A stretch of DNA of 64,000 nt from an uncultured Verrucomicrobiae bacterium (GTDB lineage Bacteria; Verrucomicrobiota; Verrucomicrobiia; Limisphaerales; UBA11358). The translations under genes were made by a program, and so were the position numbers. Below, one piece after another: positions 39,919 through 47,630 of this stretch; positions within the stretch are counted from its first letter, which is position 1; every line of letters starts with the position of its first letter. The stretch is from contig CAWBKH010000001.1 of assembly GCA_963789335.1 (NCBI GenBank), positions 307,304 to 371,303 of the forward strand. Reading direction: 5' to 3'. Under the pieces are notes generated by a model, which saw only the letters and a program-made list of their open reading frames with translations, searched no databases and was not told the origin of the DNA.

Positions 39919-41420
39919 AATATGATGTCCCTTTACTTTGAAAACAACAATGTCGCCAATGGAGATCCGCAATCGCTCAAGTTGCGTTTTGGCAATAACG
40001 ATGTGACGATTTTGCAAGCTTCGAATGTCGTGCCGGACACTTGGTATTACTTTGCGTTCACCTACACCGAGGCGACAAACGGTTATTTCTACGACTCGAC
40101 TGGCACCAATTTGGTAGCTATCAAGGGCAAATGGTATCTTGGCGTTCCCGGTAGCACGCTATCCAGCGGGGTGACAACCAATTCGATTGATACGGTGGCC
40201 GGGAACGGCACTTTTTACATCGGCAACCGGGACACACAAACTGAAGCTTTCCGCAATCCGGGCACCGGCGAGGTGGACGAGTTTGCCACTTGGACCCGCC
40301 GGTTGAGTGATGCCGAAGTGCAGGCGCAATTTGCCAACCTGCCCAATGTTACGCCCCCGCCGCGTGCGCCTTACGAGGGCGTCATCAGTGCTCAATCGCC
40401 TGCTTATTACTTCAAGATGGGGGGCAACTTCGTGGACTCGGTGGGCGGGACGCTCAGCTTGCAAACGAATCAGTCCACCACCGCTGGCCCTGGATCCACA
40501 CTTGGATTTACCTATGATTACTTTGGGGGGCCAACCAATTGTGTGTACTTTGTTACCGGAGGTGATGCCTTGATCAATGATGGCAACCTGCTAAACGGCG
40601 GCGGTACTTACAGCCTCATCAGCCCCGGCACCGGCAAGGGTGCGATCTCCTTTTTGTTCCGCACGCTGAATTCCTATGTGAATCAAGGCAACCGATACCT
40701 TTACTCAGCAGGCGGCGGCCCTTCAACCAGCAACCGCTTTGAATTATACTTTAATACTTACAGCTCCTCCGCCGACCCGGATGCGCTCAAATTGGGCTTT
40801 GGCGACAATTCCACCATCATTCTGACGACCAACAACTTCGTCCCCGCATCCTGGTATTATTTTGCGATGACTTACGACGAGACCCAACCCAGCAACCAGA
40901 TCAACTGGTGGCTGGGACAGCTTGGCGGAACGTCTCCCACGCTTACTTCGGGAACTTTGTCCGCCATCAGCAATTCGTTGGCCGGAGAAGGGGACGTGTT
41001 CATCATTGGTGACAGTACCAACCTTACCGCCAACAGTTTTCGCAACAGCACCCCCAGCGGCCAGGGCCGGATTGAGGATTTCGCCATCTGGCATGGATTG
41101 CTGACCGGGGCACAAATCACAAATCAGTTCAACGCCTTGTTCAGTTCGTCGGCACCGGCCCCCACATTGAACATTGTCGTTTCCGGCGCCAACGCAATCA
41201 TTTCATGGCCGTCGAGCACAGATCCGGGCTACGCGCTGCAAACCAATGCCGATTTGACAACCGCCAACTGGGCCAGCGAAGGCGTCACGCCGGTCACCAC
41301 CGGCAATCAATACGTTGTGACCAACGCCATCGGACCCAAAGTCCTATTTTACCGGTTGCAAAAATGAAACAGCCCGATTTCCCATGAACCGCACCTGTTG
41401 AACTTAAATAATAAATTACC

Positions 41421-43301
41421 ATGAAGACATTCGTCACCATCACAATCAGTGTGTTCTTTGCAACCGTTGCGGTTCGCGCTCAAACCCTGGCCGACTATCA
41501 GGCGACGGTGAACAGCCAGAATCCCAATTATTGCTTCACCTTTGATGGCGGCAGTTTGATCAGCGGAGGCGCACATGCGCCCGTGACGTTGGCGGCCGAA
41601 GCCGGCGGCAGCGTAGTTAGTGGCAGCACCTACCCGCAAATCGCGCCGGACATGTTTGGCAATCCGACGAATGCCGTCTATTTTTCCCTGTCGAGTGACA
41701 CCTTGGTTGATCAGAATGAACCTTCTGACTTGATCATCAACAGTGGCGCCGGCGGCGTGGCCAGCACCAATTCCACGGCTACCGGTTCCATTTCATTCCT
41801 GTTCAGGAGTCTGGATCCGGGCATTTACACGGCGCAAAAGTACATTTTGAGCAGCGGTTATACGGGCAGCGCTCACAACATGATGTCCCTTTACTTCGAG
41901 AACACCAACATGGCCAATGGCGATCCGCAATCACTGAAGCTCCGTTTTGGGAATCAGACCTTGACGATATTGCAAGCCTCTGACGTGGTTCCGGATATGT
42001 GGTATTATTTCGCTTTCACCTACACCGAGGCGACGAACGGCTATTATTTTGACTCGACCGGGACCAACTTGGTCGTGAATAAAGGCAAATGGTATTTGGG
42101 GATTCCCGGCAACACCCTGGCCAGCGGGCTGACCACGAACGCGATTGACGCGGTGGCCGGCAACGGGACTTTTTATCTCGGCAACCGGGATACACAAACT
42201 GAAGCCTTCCGCAGTCCCGGCAACGGCGTGATTGACGAGTTTGCCACCTGGACCCGCCGATTGAGCGATGCCGAGGTGCAGGCGCAGTTTACCAACCTGC
42301 CTGAAATCGCTGTTGTCACGCCCACATCACTGGCGGCGTACCAAAACGTGGTCGTTACCAACCAGTCGGCCACTTACTTCTTTCCTTTGAATGGAAACTA
42401 TGTGGATGTCGTGAGCGGAACGCTTACGTTGCAGACGAACACCATTACTGACTCGGGCAGTTACAGCTTTGCGCCCGATTGGTTCAACGATCCAACCGGT
42501 TCGGCCGTCTTCAGTGATGCACATGCGGCGCTGACCAACAGCTTCAACCTGCTTTCTGGCGGCGGCACGGTCGGTAATCCTGGTACTGGCACCGGCCAAG
42601 GCTCCATCAGTTGCCTCTTTCGCACGCCGTCCAGCACGAATTTTGTCAATTACGCCGATGTTTACATGACTCCCGGCGCCACCACCACGAGCAATGGTTT
42701 GTATTTGCGGTTTGACAAGACTACGGCCGCGCTGAACATGCAATTTGGCAGCCACACCGAGACGATTCTCCAGCAAAGCAATGTCGTGGGGGGAGTCTGG
42801 TATTACTTTGCAATGAATTACGATGAATCGCTAACTGCCAACCAGGTCAATTGGTGGCTGGGAGAACCCGGCGGAACGCTCAACTCGGGCACCTTCAGCG
42901 CGAGTGCCGGTTCCTTGGCCGGAGCAGGAACCAGTTTTGTGATTGGCAATAGCATCACCTTGGGTTCTGCATTCCGCCAATCATCCAGTTCGCCTGGCTA
43001 CATCGCCGACTTCGCCATTTGGCAGAACCATATCTTGACCGGCGTTGAAGTTACCAACCAGTTCGATGCGCTCGTTGTCTCGCCTGCTGCGGCCCCGATA
43101 TTAAGCATCGCAGTTTCCGGTTCCCACATCATACTTTCCTGGCCCTCGAGCACGGACTCCGGGTACGTCCTGCAGACCAACGCCAATTTGACCACGGCAA
43201 ACTGGGCCAGCGAGGGCGCCACGCCGGTCACCATCGGCAACCAATACGTTGTGACCAATGCCATTGGCTCGGGCGCAACGTTCTACCGTCTGGTTAAATG
43301 A
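41421..43301 (+). CDS. Secreted double LamG-like protein with FYRL-type C-terminal domain (intact tandem paralogue)
   Basis: Signal peptide; two WYYFA...(D/A)(E/D)FA(T/I)W jellyroll units; ends TFYRLVK. Confidence 0.85.
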   Translation: MKTFVTITISVFFATVAVRAQTLADYQATVNSQNPNYCFTFDGGSLISGGAHAPVTLAAEAGGSVVSGSTYPQIAPDMFGNPTNAVYFSLSSDTLVDQNEPSDLIINSGAGGVASTNSTATGSISFLFRSLDPGIYTAQKYILSSGYTGSAHNMMSLYFENTNMANGDPQSLKLRFGNQTLTILQASDVVPDMWYYFAFTYTEATNGYYFDSTGTNLVVNKGKWYLGIPGNTLASGLTTNAIDAVAGNGTFYLGNRDTQTEAFRSPGNGVIDEFATWTRRLSDAEVQAQFTNLPEIAVVTPTSLAAYQNVVVTNQSATYFFPLNGNYVDVVSGTLTLQTNTITDSGSYSFAPDWFNDPTGSAVFSDAHAALTNSFNLLSGGGTVGNPGTGTGQGSISCLFRTPSSTNFVNYADVYMTPGATTTSNGLYLRFDKTTAALNMQFGSHTETILQQSNVVGGVWYYFAMNYDESLTANQVNWWLGEPGGTLNSGTFSASAGSLAGAGTSFVIGNSITLGSAFRQSSSSPGYIADFAIWQNHILTGVEVTNQFDALVVSPAAAPILSIAVSGSHIILSWPSSTDSGYVLQTNANLTTANWASEGATPVTIGNQYVVTNAIGSGATFYRLVK

Positions 43302-43334
43302 CATATAATCAACAGATTAGCACGAATAATGCGC

Positions 43335-43363
43335 TTGACATGAAACACCATTTTCGCTATCAT
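43335..43363 (+). promoter_or_regulatory. Near-consensus sigma70 promoter
   Basis: TTGACA-N17-TATCAT, 41 bp before ATG 43405. Confidence 0.7.
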
Positions 43364-43404
43364 TTCCAGAGCCAAACAAACAAAATACAACCTGTAACAA
43401 GATC

Positions 43405-44316
43405 ATGAAACCGCAAATCATCATAGCATTAACCGTTCTCTTCGCGACCGCCGCGGTTCGCGCCCAGACCCTGTCCGATTACCAAGGGGTTATCAACAGC
43501 CAGTCCCCGTATTATTACAACACCTTGGACAACACCCTGGCACCGATGGTGGGCACGGGAACATTTACCGCAAATGGCACCGCGTTCGCCACGGATTTGT
43601 GGGGCAACCCGAATGACGCGGTTTCCTTCTCGGCCAGCACCGACCAGCTTTCAGATCCCACTGGCAATGACATCATCAGCGGCAGTGGCACGCCAACCCC
43701 CGTCGGTTCGATGTCCCTCCTCTTCTACACACCCAATACTGATCTCAGCGGCACCACCGGGCAGTATATTTTTTCCAACGGCGACACGACGGCTGGGACG
43801 ACCGCAGGGACGGGAGAGTTTGCGATGGAAATGACTGGTGGGAACCTTGCATTGAAGGTCGTGAATAAGACCTATACTATCCTCTCGCCTTTAACCGGCG
43901 GCACGTGGTATTATTTTGCCGCCACATGGAATCTGAATGGCACAACTGCTGGCGTGAATGGGTTGAGTTATTATCTTGGCGAGGCAGGGGGCACTCTGAG
44001 TTCAACTTTTCTCCAAAAAGGCGGGTCGGGCAACTTCTCTTCCACCGAAAATTTTGGCGACGGAGGTGCCTTCGCGCTTAGCGGACACCAGGCAGGTGGC
44101 AGTGGCGGATTCCAAGTGTCCGGCAATCCTGGTATTGTTGATGAATTGGCCACGTGGGATACGCAATTAAGCAGTGATCAGATAACGAGCCAATTCGACA
44201 CGCTGATTACCCCGGTTCCAGAACCTTCCACTGGGGTTTTGTTTGGCGCGGGCGGGTTGCTGGTTCTCTTTTGGACACGCAGATTTGGCCGTGGCCAAGC
44301 CGCTGCAAAGAACTAG
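43405..44316 (+). CDS. PEP-CTERM protein with a single LamG-like domain homologous to the upstream paralogues
   Basis: VRAQTLSDYQGVINSQSPYYY, GTWYYFAATW, VDELATW; VPEPSTGVLFGAGGLLVLFWTRR. Confidence 0.9.
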   Translation: MKPQIIIALTVLFATAAVRAQTLSDYQGVINSQSPYYYNTLDNTLAPMVGTGTFTANGTAFATDLWGNPNDAVSFSASTDQLSDPTGNDIISGSGTPTPVGSMSLLFYTPNTDLSGTTGQYIFSNGDTTAGTTAGTGEFAMEMTGGNLALKVVNKTYTILSPLTGGTWYYFAATWNLNGTTAGVNGLSYYLGEAGGTLSSTFLQKGGSGNFSSTENFGDGGAFALSGHQAGGSGGFQVSGNPGIVDELATWDTQLSSDQITSQFDTLITPVPEPSTGVLFGAGGLLVLFWTRRFGRGQAAAKN

Positions 44317-44337
44317 AGAATCATCTATCCATGCTGA

Positions 44338-44390
44338 CGGCACTTGCTCGCGAGTTGGGCGGTCATGCGCGCGCAAGTGCCGGTTGTTTT
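44338..44390 (+). terminator. Probable terminator/stem-loop
   Basis: CGGCACTTGC...GCAAGTGCCG followed by GTTGTTTT. Confidence 0.5.
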
Positions 44391-44553
44391 CAGCACTGGT
44401 TGACGGAATTATTCATTGGAGCCAAAGCCGCGCTTGAAGTTGACCAAATCGAATCAGACCTACCGGTGGCCTCTCGGGTGTGCCAGAGTTTTCCTGTATT
44501 GCTGAGGGGGGCCGGAGATCTGGCCATCTGACAAAACCTCAGGCATTAAATTT

Positions 44554-46599
44554 ATGAGGAAAATCATTTTGTATCTGGTTTGCTCCGTGCTGCTTTCGCT
44601 CATGGCTTTCACGGCCAAGGCACTCGATCCCAGCCTGCCGCCGGGTGGCAACTTTGATTTGAGCCATTGGTATCTCCAACTGCCCACCAGCGGGGGCGTG
44701 CTCACCGGTACGAGCGGGACTGTGGATTCGGCCTCCAGCGCCCAGCTTGTGGCGGGTTTTACCAATGCTTATTTCTACACCGGACCGGATGGAGCGATGA
44801 CGTTCTGGGCGCCCGATAACGGAGCGCGCACTGGCGGCTCCTCTCATCCGCGCAGCGAGTTGCGGGAAGAGCTGGTGCCGGGCAACACCGGGGTTAATTG
44901 GACCCCTTACGGCACACATGTCATGACCGCCACCTGCGTGGTGTCGAACGTGCCCTCGGACACCCAGAAGGTCTGCATCGGCCAGGTCCACGAAGATGCG
45001 GGCGGGGGAGTTCCCATGGTAATGATAATGTATTCTACCACATCAAGTGGCCTCTATGTGGACTATTGGTCTGACGGAAATGTGAACACGAGCGCGTCAT
45101 GGAAATATGGGAGCTTTCCGATTGGTTCCACCATCAATTATCAAATAGACGTCGTGAACGGCGTGTTATCGGTCGCGATCAATGGCATCACCAATTCGTT
45201 GGATCTTTTCAAAAATGGTGCAAACTGGACGAACTTCGCCAACGCGGTTTATTTCAAAGCGGGAGACTACAATCAGACCGACAACACCTGTGACTGCTCT
45301 AACGACGGCGCACAAGTGGCCTTTTATTCCTTGACCCATTATCACGCGCCGAGCATCACGAACCAGCCGGCCAGCGCGACGGTGAATGCCGGAACTAATG
45401 TCACGTTCACCGTCGGCGCGTTGGGCAACGGCACTCTGTCCTATCAATGGTGGTTGAACGCCACGAATCTGCTGACTGGAGCCACCAACGCCTCGCTCAC
45501 CATCACCAACGTGTCCGGCACGAACGCCGGCAATTACTTCGTTGTGGTCAGTGACAGCACCCCATTCTTTAATTCCATCACCAGTGCCGTCGCCAGCTTG
45601 ACGTTGATTGGTCCTGGAACGACATACACGTTCACCACCCCCGGCACCACGACGTGGACGTGTCCGGCGGGCGTTACTTCCATTCAAGTGGAATGTTGGG
45701 GTGGCGGCGGTGCGGGAGGAAGTGCGATCAGAACCCCGAATTCCGGCAGTGTCCAGTACGGCGGCGGCGGTGCCGGTGGGGCTTATGCCCGGGAGAATTT
45801 TTACACGGTGATTCCGGGGAATACCTATTACGTCACTGTCGGCAACGGCGGGTTGGCGGCCACGGGCACGCTGGTAAATGGCGACAAGGTTCCGGGTGGT
45901 GACTCTTGGTTTAACTCCGTCAACTCGGAGCCGGTCGGCGTCGGCAACTGCGTTGCCAAGGGCGGCGACGGCGGCGAATGTGCGGTGGGTGATACCAGCG
46001 CGACGGCCTTCGGAACCGGCGGGGTCGGCACAACCAACGCAAGTCTCGGTGATGTCCTGTTTTCCGGCGGCAGTGGCGGCACGCAAACCAGCACCGCTAA
46101 CGGCTATGGCGGCGGCGGCGGCGGGAGCGCTGGACCAGGTGCTGCTGGAAATTCCGGCAGCAGCGTGAATGGGGCGGGTGCGGCGCCCATCGCTGGCGGC
46201 GGACCCGGTGGGAATGCAAACGCTACGCAAGGTTCTTCCGGGCCTGGCCAGACGCCCGTGTCCGGTCCCGGCGGCGGCGGCGGCGGCTGCCGGGCAACCG
46301 CGCAACAAACCGGCGGCAATGGTGCCGCGGGTCAGGCGGTTCTGACCTGCCTGAACAGCACTGTGGTGTCACCAGCCTTTACTAACTTGAGCATGGCCAC
46401 CGACCGAAGCGCGTTCACCGTCACCGGGACAGGTGCGGCGAATCAAGCTTATGTGCTGCTGACAACTTCGAGCCTTACGCCGCCGGTGACTTGGACGCCC
46501 GTCGCGACCAACAACGCGGATCCTAATGGCGTGTTCAGCTTCACCGACTCACAAGTCTCGAACTTCACACAACGCTTTTACCGGGTGGGGACGCCGTGA
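44554..46599 (+). CDS. Polysaccharide lyase family 7 with Ig, glycine-rich domain and FYRV-type C-terminal domain
   Basis: PL7 motifs FDLSHWYLQLP, PRSELRE, IGQVH, YFKAGDYNQ; ends RFYRVGTP. Confidence 0.88.
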   Translation: MRKIILYLVCSVLLSLMAFTAKALDPSLPPGGNFDLSHWYLQLPTSGGVLTGTSGTVDSASSAQLVAGFTNAYFYTGPDGAMTFWAPDNGARTGGSSHPRSELREELVPGNTGVNWTPYGTHVMTATCVVSNVPSDTQKVCIGQVHEDAGGGVPMVMIMYSTTSSGLYVDYWSDGNVNTSASWKYGSFPIGSTINYQIDVVNGVLSVAINGITNSLDLFKNGANWTNFANAVYFKAGDYNQTDNTCDCSNDGAQVAFYSLTHYHAPSITNQPASATVNAGTNVTFTVGALGNGTLSYQWWLNATNLLTGATNASLTITNVSGTNAGNYFVVVSDSTPFFNSITSAVASLTLIGPGTTYTFTTPGTTTWTCPAGVTSIQVECWGGGGAGGSAIRTPNSGSVQYGGGGAGGAYARENFYTVIPGNTYYVTVGNGGLAATGTLVNGDKVPGGDSWFNSVNSEPVGVGNCVAKGGDGGECAVGDTSATAFGTGGVGTTNASLGDVLFSGGSGGTQTSTANGYGGGGGGSAGPGAAGNSGSSVNGAGAAPIAGGGPGGNANATQGSSGPGQTPVSGPGGGGGGCRATAQQTGGNGAAGQAVLTCLNSTVVSPAFTNLSMATDRSAFTVTGTGAANQAYVLLTTSSLTPPVTWTPVATNNADPNGVFSFTDSQVSNFTQRFYRVGTP

Positions 46600-46620
46600 A
46601 TTGAAAGCTCAATTTTGAAA

Positions 46621-47606
46621 ATGACAGTAATCAGGGAATCAAAAAAATTCACCATAACTTTGGCTGTCAGCCTTTTGCTTGGCGGTTGCGGACTTGCTCT
46701 CTTTGCTGCCGACGATCAGGACCAGGCGGCTCCATCCACGACTGCGGCTTCGTCCGCGAAAGCGCCGGAGGTTACGCCGGTTTCTATTCCGGGCAGCGAG
46801 GCGTTCATCTTCCGCAAGGTGGGTGAAACCGAGTTGCGCCTTTTTGTGGTGAAGCCGAAGGACTGGTCGAAGACCGACCAACGGCCCTGCATGGTTTGTT
46901 TTTTCGGCGGCGGCTGGAGTTCAGGGACGCCGCTGCACAGCATTGGCTGGGCAAAGTGGGCCGCCAGCCACGGTCTGGTCGGCGTCGCTCCGGATTATCG
47001 GACGCGGAAACGGTTTGGCGGAACGCCGGAAGACTGTGTGTCGGATGGCCGCGCAGCCGTGCGCTGGGTGGAAAATCATGCGGGTGAACTGGGGATTGAT
47101 CTCCAAAAAATCATCTCATTGGGCGCTTCCGCAGGCGGCCACGTCGCCGCGTGGACGGCGATTTCGTCGCCTGGACCGGGAGACAACGATCCTGCTCCAA
47201 AAATACTACCGGCCGCGCTGGTGCTAATCAATCCGGTGATGGACACCAAGGTAGGCGGTTATGGTGGCCCCAAACGGTTTGGCGGAAGCGCTCGGCGGGC
47301 CTTGGCCTGTTCCGTGCCGACCAAATGCCGACGAATATGCCGCCGACCATCATCTTTCACGCCACCGACGACAAGACCGTGCCTTATGCCAACTCCGTTG
47401 CCTTGCGGGACAAACTCGTCAGCGAGGGAAATCGTTGCGAGTTGGTCACGTTTGAAGGTTTGGGGCATTCCTATTATGCGAGCAGCAAATATGGCGAGGC
47501 CGCAAAAGTGGCGTACCGAAAGACCCAGAAGGATGTTGCAAAATTTCTGGAGAGTCTGGGGCTGATGGACAGGGAAAACTCTGGTTTGTCGAATGAACCC
47601 GAATAA
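46621..47606 (+). pseudogene. Exported alpha/beta-hydrolase (carbohydrate esterase-like), frameshifted
   Basis: FFGGGW and GASAGGH lie in one frame; FHATDDKTVP and EGLGH (catalytic Asp/His) lie in the -1 frame. One base is missing near 47318 (TCC GTG CC- GAC CAA ATG). Confidence 0.8.
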
Positions 47607-47630
47607 TTGCTCGCGATCAACTACCTGGTA

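Larger units (their letters stand above)
38302..41367 (+). pseudogene. Secreted double-LamG protein with FYRL-type C-terminus, interrupted by IS5
   Basis: Removing the IS and one AATAT copy restores a 634-aa frame (..STNHN/MMSLYFEN..) collinear with the paralogue at 41421 (SAHNMMSLYFEN). Confidence 0.92.

Noticed and set aside
39875-39935. Outward TTGACA near the IS right end as a hybrid promoter
   Set aside because: No credible -10 box at 16-18 bp spacing.
38754-43301. Diversity-generating retroelement or shufflon behind the LamG paralogues
   Set aside because: No reverse transcriptase or invertase in the window, and no adenine-specific template/variable pair was seen.
45700-46330. GGC triplet runs as DNA repeats or contingency loci
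   Set aside because: They encode poly-Gly within the glycine-rich domain.
47300-47340. Programmed ribosomal frameshift in the esterase
   Set aside because: No slippery sequence or obvious stimulatory structure.
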